Assembly: GCA_013239625.1 (NCBI GenBank) | Contig: MU055657.1 | Span: 8,045,523-8,109,522 of the forward strand | Direction: 5' to 3' | Source of the DNA: Lama guanicoe | Lineage: Eukaryota | DNA: 64,000 bases | Shown here: piece by piece, positions 49,350 to 63,033 of the stretch | Position numbering within the stretch: position 1 is the first letter of the stretch | How the letters are laid out: the number at the start of each line of letters is the position of its first letter | Notes under the pieces: generated by a model | The model's input: the letters and a program-made list of their open reading frames with translations, nothing else | Database searches by the model: none | What the model was told of the DNA's origin: nothing | Made by a program: the position numbers and the translations under genes

Positions 49350-51420
49350 CTTCTCTAAATATATTCAACATTTTTCTGCGTTTCTGCAATTACATATTCT
49401 CTATGCCTGAACTGCCTTGCACCCATTTCTACACATTCCAAAGTCTCCTCTCCTCCTAGACCTCATCCATGCCACCTTGTTCTTGAAGACATTTGTCATC
49501 ACACCAAGAATCTTTGAGTCCTTGCTGCATGACGTCACTACTCTTTGACCTTTAACCCGCACTTAGCATAGTCTCCTTTACGTCATGGATTTGCAATTGA
49601 CTCTGTATATCAAGATTGAAAGCGCCTTAAAGATCAGAACTTAGGTATTAAAAAATACTAAGCAGTGTCTAATGCATAAAAAACTCACAATAACAATTTT
49701 TTGTCCTTCTCTCTTTCTTCTTTCTTTTCTTTACTCCCAACAATGCTTTAAACTGAATAGATTTTTTTAATTTATATTGAATAATAGAACATTATACTTA
49801 CCTTGGGTATAACAGAAGTTTGAAAATGAGTATGGAAGAGAAAAATGGGGGTTGCGATGATTACAGATCATTTTATAGAGAAAGTCCAACTTCAGCTGGA
49901 ATTTAAGGAAGAGTAGAGGATGTCGAGCGGTGACTTGAGGAATAATAAAAAGAATTTGGAAAAGCATGAAAGCAGGAAGGTATTTGTGCAGAAGACAGGA
50001 AGGCCAGCATCACTTAATGTTGCATTTTGGAAAGTCACTGAAATATGGTTAGCAGATTCGATGAGGTAAATATCAGAGGAGCCTGATAGCTAAGCACAGA
50101 GCTCTGAACAGGGAAGAGATAGAAAGATACCATAATCTCACAATCAGAGGAGAGATAGAAAGAATTAGGATTTTTGGAAGTTTAATCTGATAGCAGAGAA
50201 TTGCTTACAACAGATAAAGAACAGACTGGATGAAACCAGATGAAAGAGTGCTCCAGTAATTAAGAATGAAATAGTGAATTTTTAAATTTAGATTATAGTC
50301 ACATAAATGGAGAGTTTGCAGAAGAGTCTGAAACATATAAGACAAATGGAATAAGAGATAAGGACTTTGTGACTCTGGATATAGAGCAGTGATTTCCTGT
50401 GCTTCAAATTTATTATTACCTTGTAAAAATTTTTATAGAACTGACACAGTTTTGTCAAATTTTATTTTGCTAAGTAAAAGCATTAAAGTAATAAGACATC
50501 TACCATGCCACATTTTTGTGAAAGAGAAGATACTTTAACACTAAAATACAATGAGGACTTACAGTATCCTTGTCCACAGGTCTTTACTTGTGGTTTTGAT
50601 TGCCCTGGAGTAACCTACTTTTAAAAATTCCACTCACCCATCAAGACCACCTCCAGAATCACTTCCCTACAAAGCTTTTCATGATAACTGCAGGTAAGAA
50701 TAGTCAAACATGTCCTGTTATGCATAATCACATTCTTCTTTAAATAAAATGTATTTATTTGCATAATTGGCTCTTTTATTACAGTGTAAGTTCTTTAAGG
50801 GCATTCTCCTTAAATTATTTTCCACTGAATAGCCAGCACAAAGTAAGGGCTTAAGAGGTGAAAAACATAAAAAAGCAAACAATGACTGAAAGGCTTCTAA
50901 TCTGAGACTGAAAGCCATGATGGGAAGAGGGGTTGCTTTAGAGAGGAGGGGACAATGGTCCATTTTTGGTATGTTGGATTTCAAGATATAGAATACTAAC
51001 TAAAATAACTGAAATAATAGGAAACATTAGTAATCTGGGGGATAAGTGAAATTTTAGAAACTGAGCTATGATAGGGATTTATCTGCATAGAGGGGATCAC
51101 TGAAACAGCTACTGTCTTGATGGAGTATGACTAAACAGCAAAGAAAATAAAATGTCATGAGAATTTTGGAGACCACCCAAAGCCAATGGGGAGAAAGAGA
51201 AAGAGAAACCATGAACAATAAGGGAAAGGGAACAGTTGGGGGAGACCAGCAAACGGCATTGTCCTAGAAGCCAAGATGGTCTTCAAAGGCTGGAGGTCAA
51301 TTCTCAAATGCTGATGAGAGTTGCCCTTCAAGATTCGTTCATGCAATACTGATAAACAGAATGCAGTACTAAAAGTGATGGCAAAGACTGACTTTAAGTT
51401 ACATCCTTGAGAGAAAAAAA
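49350..51420. mobile_element. Cluster of degenerate L2 fragments in both orientations
   Basis: Pyrimidine-rich sense pieces (CTCTATGCCTGAACTGCC, GTAAGTTCTTTAAGGGCA) alternate with purine-rich antisense pieces. Confidence 0.5.
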
Positions 51421-54400
51421 TCCAATAAGAATACATTCTGTATTGGGATGTTAAAGAAAAGAAACATCTACACAACAGCTACAAATTATAGAGCGGATGC
51501 ATCACAACCGTATGTCAATGAAAATAGTTCATCAAGGAAGGTTATATATAATTCTGGTTCCATGTACGCCAATTTATTTTTCATTCCATTTTTAATGAAT
51601 TCACATTAGAGAGGTTCTTTTGAAGTCATAATGTGTTATTTTTAATAATTTATTTCTGAACTTTAAAAATTAATAATATTTGCACAGGGCCATTTTATAA
51701 TCACAATATGGTACTTCAAGGTGTGAATTATGATATAATAACTCATAACTTATGCATTTAAACAAGCACTCATCCTATGGCCTCATTCTTAGCAAAGCAA
51801 AAAGGTATGAATTATTATGCAATAACTCATGCTTTGTCACATATTATTACTTAATTATAGAGGAGAGTTTCAACTCATTTCAGTCTTGAAAAAAATCTAA
51901 CATTTTATCCTTGAAAAAAAAAGCTTGCATGCTTATTTGACAGAATAGAGTCACCTGAAGCCTTTTTCCATTCAGACCACTCTAGGTTAACTTGTACAGC
52001 ATCTTTGTCCTTCTACTTCTTGAGGACCTTAGGAAACCTCCAACAGAGAAACTGAAAATCCCTACAGAATTCTTTAGCCTTTATTTCACAGAATTATTCA
52101 TTTAGATCCCCAAAAGAAACACCTGTACAACTCAAAAGTTTTCAAAAGTATTACAAAAGAGAAGTAGAAATAGGACTTCTCTTTCTAATACAAATGAGCA
52201 AAAATAAGGGAGGGAGGAAGAAAAAAGGAAGGAAAAATAAGACTAAAATATTAGTTTCTATCAGACAATTTTCTGACAAAGCTGTTAAACAATGGAAATA
52301 TCCCTCTAAGATGGTACAAAATATATTTGTCTATAGTCATTAGAAAACAGTATATATTTTTCCAGAAAAGGAGATAAACATTTCCTGAGGGCTATATTGC
52401 AAATAGTTATCATTAAATGAGAGTTTATCTCAAAATCCAAAACAATGAAATTATTTAGTCATTGCTTTCTCTGGTGTTAGAGGATTTTTCTTTTCTGCCT
52501 TAATGAAGCTTATAGTATAAAAAAGAACAACAAAAAACAGAAGACTAGATACATTACAAGAGACAAATAGTAGTTCAATAAAATAACCAACATAGCAAAC
52601 AAATACTATAGAGTGAAAGGGCTGTAATCCCTCAATTGCGGTATTGAAGAATGATGTGTGTAAAACATGTGTGGTTTGTGTGTTAGATACATGAATAAAA
52701 ATTCAGAGAGGAAATGATCATGTTCATGCAGAGGAAACCACCATGCCATTGCCCAGTTGATGCTGACTGATGGATTGATCTACCTCTATTACTATTCATC
52801 ATTCTATTACTATTATACAATCAATTGATGAATTAAATGTTTAAATTTGGTTGCATAAACTTTTTCACATAAACTTTTTCAGAAGCTACTCTTTTCTCTG
52901 ACTATATCTAAGATCTCCCATTCTAAATTACTGATTTTATGGTATTTTTTTATCTTAGAGTTAAGAGTGAGGACTATCAATGGCTCAAGGCTGGGAAATC
53001 TTGTACATTCAAACTTTATGGAACCTTCTCAATCAATATAAAGATTTTTGGTGACACCACTAAGAAAACAGCAGGGTAACACAGGGAGCAAAGCCATGCT
53101 TCAGGACTATATACTTACTTGACTCATCATGAGATTTTATGCTAAACTGTTAACACTTTCTGACAAATCTTTCTCCCCTAAGGGATATGTTGGGCTCTCA
53201 TACTTTGGTTTAATGTTCCAGTGATGACTATATAATTTGCCAGTATACCACAAAGGTAACAAGACAAGGTGAATGTTTTCAATTACTTTTTAAATTCTCT
53301 GATGATAGAGCCCACAATTGGGTATCAGCCTTTGGTCTTTTTCAATCCAGTTCACACTCAGTTCATCCTATCCTGAGTTTCATGTGTACATAATACATGT
53401 CCACGTGGTCATGAATTACCAAAATAAGAACCAGGCTATATGTTCTTATATCATTTGTTACATGGCCAGTGATTATATAAATGGGCTTATAATTAGAGTT
53501 GATTGATTTATAATCTAGTTCTTGATATTAGCCTCTCATCTAATGCTTTATGTAGATTTTGTCTTAGTTAGGTTACATTACATAGAATAAATTTAGTTTG
53601 TTTCTTGGTAGCATGCATATCCAAGATGAAGCAGTATACTCCCACAGTCATACATTACATCTTTACCTAATGTAATTATTTTATTTAAAATACTCGTAAA
53701 GTCATTTCTGAATTTTTATTTAGACAGAAATTTGAGAAACTTTAGATAATCAATGCAATCATTGCTTTGCTTAAAGTTGCAGTATTTCTGTGTTTATGAA
53801 TGCCTTATAACGAAAGCATCTTTAAAGAATAAATTACTCATTTAATGAGAATGATAAAAATGAGATGTTTTTCTTCATAGAATTAGATAAATTCCTCATT
53901 AGTCTTTGATTTGCTGAGGTCTGGATCTCGTTTAATATTTCCTGGTTCTGAATGCAATATAGTTTTATATACTCTAGTTAAAGAACTGTGACAAGGGGCT
54001 AAATACCACAGCAATAAGCAATTAAGAAAATTAATCTTTTTAAAGAAAAACAAGAGGCAGAGCAGTGAGAGTTCACCTCAGAAGGGCAAACATTGGATAA
54101 GGAAAGCAGATTACTAAAATTATATTAAATGTGATTATACATTGTATAATAATATTTATTATTGCCAGATGTTTCCTACCCTTTTCGTTTAGCAAGATAC
54201 ATCACAGATGTCCGTACTAAATCCTCTTCAGTCCGCATACAAGATTAAACTCGTGGCTGGATCCACACTCCATAGGAGAGTTTTCCCTCTCACAGGTGTT
54301 GGAGAAAAGATCTTATTTTCAGAGCAAAACAAGGTGACTTCTGTGGGTTTGAGGGGCCTACTGCCCTAGAGTCCAAACCTTTTAATCCCAGTGTCTCTCA

Positions 54401-55399
54401 TTTCCATCTGAGACTACTCTTTGTCTCCAGACTCCTTGAAACTGAACTGGTAAACACTCTGAATGGCAGTTTAACTGAAGAATCAACTAGATAACTAATC
54501 TGCAGTATTGAAGGTAAATTGGAGGAGTCACAAATGCTTGGTGACTTTCTAGGTATTTCTTAAACATACAAAGAAAACAACCAGCTCTCAGTGAAAAACA
54601 AACAAAACAAAAATATAACTCATATTGTTTTACCTTAGCTTGTTCAGTTTCTTATTTTGTGCTATTTAGGTTTTTGTAGTTATTTTTTCTGTCTGTGTTT
54701 ATCACCAAATAGTTTTAACCTAATATTTAATGCCTCTCCTAGGAGGGAAAAAATAATTCTTGCCAGGATTCTCTCTTCTGTTCCCCACTTGAAAAATAAA
54801 GCTTGTTAAAGACTAAAATCCTAAATATGACTCAATTACCAACAGCCAACACTTTTTGAAATTTTGTCCATAAAATTGGTTACTTCATAAATGTGCATGC
54901 CATTTATGTTTTTGAAAAGAGCTATGAAGTCAATTATTTTACAGTACAGTAGCCTATACTCCTATCTTCCAGCTAAAACTTAGGAAGGTAGTTTGTTATA
55001 TCCTTATAAATGTCTGCCCTTTTAACATGCTGTAAATGCATTCTAAAATTTGTGCTAGGTTCTGGTTGTTATGGGGAAGAATTAATGCATTCTATTAAAT
55101 TTAACTTTTGCTGAAACTCTCTTACATCAGCTAAAGCTCAGAGCTTTAACTGGAGACTAGCTTCTACAGCAATTAAGGAATAAAATACCTGGCTTTTATA
55201 ATCCATCTTTTGTTCTGGGAAATGCCTGTACTTAAATCAGTATGGCGTTAGACAAGAACTTGCGGCCACTAAATATTTAATTTCCTCAAAATTCATCCAT
55301 ATTCTGTGCTTTGACAAGCCTGTTACTAGATGGGTAGGATTTAAACAAGCAGGAATATTTCAATTAAGTATATACCCAAATTAGTCAAGTGATAATACC

Positions 55400-55830
55400 A
55401 TATCTCTACTCAAAAACCCACTGTGCCTCTCACAACAAACAGAACAAAATACAAGTTCCTCAACTTAATATACTAGTCCATCCACCATCCCCTGAATCAA
55501 GACTCTATAGTTAACCACCTTTATCCCTTTTCAAAATCAGCTGGATATTCCTAGAATGCCCTCTTCACCTTATTTATTTAAATCCTATCAGTTCTTCAAA
55601 GCCCATTTCAAAGCCATGATATCTCCAACTGCAATTCATTTTTGGATCTCCAAAGTAGCTCCTTTTCCAGTCCACCTTCCACTGGTGTCCTTCATGTGAG
55701 TGCTTACTTCTTACTTCACACCACTCTTAAAATGTTAAAAATCTGTTAAATGGGCACATAATTTGAAATACATTCTTAGGTTTTCTTTATAGCTCCATAC
55801 CCTGGACATAATAGGTACTCAATATACATT
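55400..55830 (+). mobile_element. L2 3' fragment
   Basis: CCTAGAATGCCCTC...TTCTTCAAAGCCCATTTCAA...CCTGGACATAATAGGTACTCAATATACATTT. Confidence 0.65.
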
Positions 55831-56357
55831 TACAGATTTGAGATAGACAATAGACAGTGCTTCTGTTAGACTCAAGTAAGAGGGACTTCTGCCCTATGTG
55901 GACCTCATACTTTATGGGACCTTGTATATCACAAACAGGCCTGCAAAACTAAATGTATTAAAAACCACATGGTCACTGCTATCAAGAGGATCCATCTCTT
56001 AGCATTGGTGAGGCACAGCTCATAGTCCTAAACATCTGCTGCTTCATGTGTCTCTTTGCCCAATGTCCTCAAAACAAGACAACTGCGCTACAGTGCCCTA
56101 AGCTTTCTAGCAGAAGCACTTAGGTTGCAGAGAAGGCATACGAATTAATATCAATCCTTCCTATCAGAGAGCATGAATATAATATATCCTTGGATAGAAA
56201 GTATACTTTCCTAGTAATGCCCATCAGGCATTTTCTTGTTTCTCTCTGTATTAAAGTTAATGACATCCATGAATTAGCACTGTATTTGCAACAGTTGGTA
56301 CATGGCAGTTGAAATATTTTGCCATATTAAGAAATTCATATTACTCTTAAATTTTTG

Positions 56358-56430
56358 TATATATATATATACATATACGTAAATATATGTGTGTGTATAT
56401 ATATATATAAATTTGTACATATATGTATGT
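56358..56430. repeat. (TA)n/(TG)n compound low-complexity repeat
   Basis: Read directly. Confidence 0.85.
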
Positions 56431-56984
56431 CTAAATAACTTGCACTAAACATGGTACCAATTATTTACACTGGCTATTAGATGGTCACTGAACACTAGAA
56501 CTAGGAATTATTTTATTTGAACAAAACATTAATAAGATTTAAACCAACTTTTAAAAATAGTAAATCAAAATTTTCAACTTTGCTTAGATACTTTTGATCC
56601 ATTAATAATTTGTGTTCTTAGTTTTAATCAATTTTAAATAGCTAGAAGAAAATAAGTTTCAAAAATGTATTAAACATTTTCCATTTTTTTAATTTTTAAT
56701 TTTTATTTAAGTATAATTTCATAAAAATAAATTCAAATTTTATACATTTTAGTGGTGGTTGCAATGGCAACAATCCAAAAGGTTTAGGTTTTTCTTTGTG
56801 TGGATTTTTTTTATTTCTTTATTTCTTTATTTTTTTCTTTTACAATAAAATATTCATTAATTATTTTAAAATATGTATAGAAAAACACACATACGTAAAA
56901 AAATTACCATTAACCCCTAATCACTTATTCAAAATTTAAATGAAGACTGGTCAGTTTCTACTACTATTAAGATTTTACATATAT

Positions 56985-57300
56985 AGAAAAGAAACTTATG
57001 GTTACCCAGGGGAATGAGGGGGCTAAGTGGAGAGATAAAGTGGGAGTTTGGGATTAGCAGATAGTAACTACTATACATGAAATAAACAAGGTCCTACTGT
57101 ATAGCACAGAGAACTGTATTTATTGATTCATTGCCCTGTAATAGCCTATAGTGAAAAAGAATATGAAAAGGAATATATATATATATAAAATCTATGTATC
57201 ACTGAATCACTACACTGTACATCAGAAATTAACACATTGTAAACCGAAGATACATCAAGATAGATAGGTAGATAGATAGATAGATAGATAGATAAATAAA
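56985..57300 (+). mobile_element. L1 3'UTR fragment with (GATA)n tail
   Basis: AAACTTATGGTTACC...GGGAGTTTGGGATTAGCAGATA...GAAATTAACACATTGTAAA, with an imperfect (GATA)n at ~57259-57294. Confidence 0.9.
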
Positions 57301-57755
57301 AAGGTTTTAATGCATAGCCTTCCATTTGTCCCAATGTACTTTCCTAAACTTATACAGATATATATAGGAACCAGGACATATACATTTTTGAACCAAAAAA
57401 AAAAAACTGAATCATGAGATATACCTTTATCTGTAATATAGTATCTCCAAATTTCCAGAAACAAAATTTAAAGGAGATTTTTGAAAAGAAAAAAGCTCCT
57501 TCTAGTTGCTGTCACATTCTGCAACTACATCAGAATGTAGCACTTTAACGTTAAATTCATCTGATTTCTTTTGATTTTCTTCTTGCCTTCTGGACTTGCC
57601 CCTGATCTGGATTTCTTTCTGAAATTGAATTATTACTAATACACTTTCGTACTAGTACCTGTCCCAGATTTATTTTTTTGAAAAGCAACTGACATTTAGA
57701 AATTGACCTCCATTTTCAGAGTATTATAAATAGAATTGAATAAAAATAATCTAAG

Positions 57756-57873
57756 AGGGGAGGGTATAGCTCAGTGGTAGAGTCCATGCTTACCATGCAC
57801 AAGGTCCTGGGTTCAATCCCCAGTACTTTCATTAATAAATAGATAAATAAATCTAATTACCTCCCCCTCACCA

Positions 57874-57877
<4 letters not shown>
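57756..57877 (+). mobile_element. tRNA-derived SINE (Vic-1-like), best-preserved copy
   Basis: GGGGAGGGTATAGCTCAGTGGTAGAG (A box), GGTTCAATCCC (B box), CTAATTACCTCCCCC. Confidence 0.93.
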
Positions 57878-57906
<29 letters not shown>

Positions 57907-57918
57907 GTCATCATCATC
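57877..57918. repeat. (ATC)10 GTC (ATC)3 microsatellite
   Basis: Counted directly. Confidence 0.95.
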
Positions 57919-60900
57919 TAAGGAATAAAAAAATAAAAATCAATTCCCTAGTGGTCACTGACAATGTGGTATGAAGCCAGTGCTCCCAAAAGGAAATCAG
58001 TAGATTTTATTAAAATGAAAGGAAGTATAAATTTTCAATTTTGAGTGAAAAAAAAGCCAGTTATTTTCTAGAATAAGTCTCTGTCCAGCCCAGAACTAAA
58101 CATGGCCATCAAGCACAACAGAGGAGGGGAGATGCTGGAAAAAAATCAGATATCTCCAGTTCTCCTGGAGTCACATCTTATACCAACAAAAGAGAGGATG
58201 GGGAGGATCTGTGGACAGCTATTTTCAAAAGGAGGATTTCACCCTGAACTCCCTCCTGCATTTAATCAACTGCATATATTGTTTATTGCTCCAGCGCCAT
58301 GAACATTATCGCTTAATTAAATTGTTTCGCTCTTTGTCTATCATAAATGCCACATCGCTTTAAATCCATGTTTTATTTAGTTAAAGTTTGTTTTATCATC
58401 CAGAGAAGAGATGATTAAATTGAACGGGTGACGATTTCAGCTCAAGTTAAAATCAATAATATTTAGCTGGGCCTTAGGTGCTAAATTCTAAAACTCCATG
58501 TTTTTCACTTTGCTGCAGCCCTATATCTAAACAGCACTGACGGTTCTCTCTCCCGTGTTCATCTATGATTTATGGCTGTTCTAGTAGGTGGGACGAAAGC
58601 TTCAAGGCCTCTTGCAGTGTTTAAGCTTCTAATAATCAGAGTAGTTTTCCTTTTTTACTCTTGTTGAACTGAGACTGCCATTCGCAATTTTAGAGAATCA
58701 TAAAAAAAAAGAATTGTTTACAAGTTCAGAGTTTAACCTGTTTTCTAAAATAGTTAATATCTGACTTTTGGAGAAAAAATGTAATTCTATAAAACATGCC
58801 TTCAAATTTCATATAAAAGAAAATCAATTTAGGTCTTTGGACAGGATTTTTAGCTCTTCTTTCTTTTTTCATTACTCCAAGAAAATGTGATGAGAGATGA
58901 AGTCTTCAAATGCCTTTGAGTGGTTTCAAACATTAAAATTTTTCTGACAGCAAACTTCTCATTCATGACACTATAACTCACTCTTTAAGAAATGGTGTTT
59001 CTATTTTCCTATTTAATTTACATAATGAAAATGGTTATAAATAACATTACAGAATGTTTAATATCAAAGCACAAATGATTATTAATTGCTTGAACACAGA
59101 GGAAGTTTGTAATTCAATCACTGTAAAAATTATTTTTCATTATGTTGGGCATGTTGGAAATTAGTTATTTAAATAGGCAGAGTTAAAATTCACTAAAAGA
59201 CATCCTCCCAAAATAATATCTATATTTTTTAAGAAAATACATGTAAAATCCAAATTACTGCTAAATTAGCAACAACAGCAACAAAAATCATCCAATGATT
59301 AATTGAATTGCTGAAGTGTATTTCGCCAGAAGTCTTTTTGTGGCTGTATTCCAATGTAATTATTTCTTTTTTGCTGTCTAATATCAACATATCTCAATAA
59401 AAAATAAATTTTCTTTTAAATTATACTAAGACTTTATTTACTGAAAACACTGACACAAAAGAAATTTGAAAAATTGTTAGGTGTTTCCTTTTTAATACTT
59501 TCTGTTTTTAAGTCATTCTGTTCATTCAAGTTCAATATAAAGAGAAGTAAATGAAAACACTACTAACACAATACATTAAAACTGAGAAAAAATTCTATTG
59601 TGAAATGTGTATTTTAAACCTAGACTTTTGAAACTATTCTGAAATTTTAAAAATTATAAAACAAAGCATTTACTTTTAACAAAACTAGACATCCATGTAA
59701 TGATTTTCATATGCTTTGAATCTTTGTATTTTTTTTAATCAACCAACATAACACCCAAGAGAGTAACATCTAATTATTTTCATTTCTCTTAATGCTCCCT
59801 GACTATGCAGACTACATAGGAAACTCCTAAAAGTAATTCCAACAGATATTTCAACTTCCCATAAGACTGAAGTTTGGAGTGAAAAATTTGAGGAAGCATA
59901 CTGAGAATTCGGCAATATACTTACAAAAGAATAGAGACTGATTCCCTGAAATGATGAACCTAATACTGAAAGAATTGACTACATCATTTTCATAGTCATT
60001 AGTAAGGATTTACATCTTAAAAAATCAGAAACACCTTAAGGTTATTGACTTCTTATATAAAGGGATGTTCAAAAGTCTCCCTGTATTTTCAAACTTCTAT
60101 TTGTAGGGAAAGGAAATAACCTTTACTGTATAGTAGGTATAAAAGGAACCAGATGATTCATCTCTGTGAATCTGCTTGTTGAATTTGATGGATCATTCTT
60201 AAAAGCGACGTTGCTAATCTTCAGGTTTTCTTTTTTAGGTTATTCACAGATCAGTGGGTTTTCCAGCTAATACAGGTCTGATGCTCTTCTGTCTTCACAC
60301 ATGGTATTCATCATATCTTGACAAGAAAAGACCTTCAGTCTACAAATAACCTTCACTGAAGTAAGACATGTAAGTGGGCTTCTTTATGAAAGATAGATTT
60401 TATGGCTGAATAAAAAACAACTGTAGTTAAAAAAATGTCATTGCATAGCCTTATTTGAAGATTTTTCCTTCAAGGAACTTTAATGTTTATTGTTGAAACT
60501 ACTAATAGACCAAAAAAAAAAGGTATTAAATTACTTTATCTTTATCATTAACCACAAACGCAACAGGAAGGGTTGATCAGCTCTGTATTTTATCATTCTG
60601 AAGCATTCAGCCTTTAAAATATTTAAGCATCCACATTAGTTCTTGTCAAACTAGCACAAAGCAGTGCATAATATGACCCAGGTGTAAGAACAGAACAAGA
60701 TAAGAGGTTACAGCCAGGGTGAAATTTCCACAATGGGATTGCCCTGTGCTATAGATAATAGTTTGGCTTCCTGTTTCCAGACAGTTACTAAATGATGTTG
60801 AATGTTTTCTTTACATTTTCACTTGGTCGTGCTGAGGGAAAGAATCACGTTTAGTTGATATGAGCTACCAAGAATGAAACCAAAAACTGGAGGCATCCTA

Positions 60901-61544
60901 CATGACTTGTATTATTTCATATGGCCAATTAGAAAAAAAATAAAATGTTGATCAAATTTTACGGTGTCAGATAGCATGGTAATTTGGGTTCTCATGGTAT
61001 AAATGACAACTTTAAAGAAACTATTAAGAACTTTCAAACTGGACAAGAACCAAAATGATTTCTCACTGAAACTAAAGAGTCTAAAGAATTTCTTTGCATA
61101 GAGCCTACTGTGTACACATTGAAAAAAAAATAGCTGAGGGACAATTTCTTAAAACACCCTTTAAATTCTTTCATTGACCTGAACTCTATTAGCAAAACTT
61201 TACATAAACACATCTAAATCAAAACATGTCAAAATATGATTGTCAACGAAATTAATATAGACCATTAAATACAAATTCTAACCCTACCGTGTGGCAGGAG
61301 GGTTGTTAAGGAGGAATGTGGTTGCCAGGAGAAAGTTGAAGACAGGTCTAACAAAAAATCCTACCAAATCTTTAACCTTGATTTTCAATAGACATCTATT
61401 ACAAAGCTGTCCTGTCTTTGTCTAGCTTTTAATCCACACAATGATCCAGAATTTTAAAAAATACTATTAATGATCCATTGGGAAATTTCACAACAGTTGG
61501 TATATGTTTATTAAACCTACACCAGCTTTTAATCTTGTTATTCC

Positions 61545-62035
61545 TTGATTCATTTATTCATCAACAAACACTGAATTTCTAGTATGCATGAGTACTGGAG
61601 AAACAATGGAGAACAAGAGAGATACAGGCGCTACCTTCAAGAAGCTTACATTGTGATGGGAGACAAAAACAATAAACAAAAATTAAATAGGAAACAATTA
61701 CAGGCTGTAATATGCAATGTGTGAAATAAATCAGGTGTTGTAATGAAGCACAGTAGTTAAGGCAGGACTCTTGAGGAGTTGATGTTGAAGTGAAGATTTA
61801 GACAAGAGAAGGTGCTGATTTTCTGACCAGGAGAAAGGTGTTTCAGGCTGAGGAAACAAGTGCTTGGAGGGTTCTAGAAACTTAGAAATTTAGAAAAAGC
61901 CATAGTAACTGAATACTTAATGACTAAGACAGGGTACATGAAATGAAATGAGAGATTCAGCCAAACCACATCAGGCCTTAGAGCCCTGGGAAGAGTCTGG
62001 ATTTTATTCTAAAGTCATTGAGATTTTTAAGCAGT
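61545..62035 (-). mobile_element. L2 3' region
   Basis: ATTCATTTATTCATCAACAAACAC...CCTTCAAGAAGCTTACATT...GGATTTTATTCTAAAG. Confidence 0.85.
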
Positions 62036-62253
62036 CTTTGATGGCACAGGAAAAGATTAAACCCAATTTCAAAGCACTGAAACAACAGAATGATTAAGAG
62101 GAAAAAAATCTAAAAGTAAAAAAGGATTTTTTAAAAATACGGATACATGGTATAATCTAAAAGAAGTCAAAACCTGACCCATATGTTGGAAACTTTATAA
62201 ATTATCCTTGCTGTATTACTGAATTGTCATAGAAAACAAGAACAATAATTTTT

Positions 62254-62673
62254 TAACATTGTTTTATTGAGTTATAGTCAGTTTAAAATGTTGTGTCAAT
62301 TTCCAGTGTAGAGCACAATTTTTCAGTTATACATGAACATACATATAGTCATTGTCACATTTTTTTCACTGTAAGCTACCACAAGATCTTGTATATATTT
62401 CCCTGTGCTATACAGTATAATCTTGTTTATCTATTCTACATATGCCTGTCAATATCTACAAGACCTCATATTTTTCTTTCTCTTTCTGGCTTACTTCACT
62501 TAGAATGACATTCTCCAGGAACATTCATGTTGCTGCAAATGGCATTATGTTGTCGGTTTTTATGGCTGAATAGTATTCCATTGTATAAATACACCACATC
62601 TTCTTTATCCAGTCATCTGTTGATGGACATTTTGTCTGTTCCATGTCTTAGCTATTGTAAATAGTGCTGCTAT
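62254..62673 (-). mobile_element. Young L1 3' end with an internal deletion
   Basis: Colinear with the 16788-17282 copy except for a missing central block. TSD CAATAATTTTT at 62243-62253 and 62679-62689. Confidence 0.93.
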
Positions 62674-63033
62674 AGCAGCAATAATTTTTAAAAAACCGCT
62701 GAACATAAAACACTGATATATAAAAACTACAGTTTCAATCATATTCATATATACTATAAAATAAAATTGAACAGTCCTAAGCCCTCCAAGACAGTTTTGT
62801 TAAGATCACAGCATTGATAAAACTATTGCAATTCCTCTTTCAAAGGGATGGAGTTGGATGCTAACACAACATATCATATGTAGTCTCTTTAATTTGTTTT
62901 AAACTATTAAATTAATTTTTATATTATTGCTTCCAGAAATAATTACTTGTTGTTAATATTTTAGTCGCACTGTAGTCTAAAAATAAAATGGTTTTTAACC
63001 TTTGGAAAAAGATGGTATTTTCCAGATTGGCAG

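Noticed and set aside
57756..57830. tRNA gene-like sequences with A and B boxes (also at 1379, 18015, 34853, 38603)
   Set aside because: They have A-rich tails, diverged bodies and in some cases TSD-like flanks, so they are tRNA-derived SINEs rather than tRNA genes.
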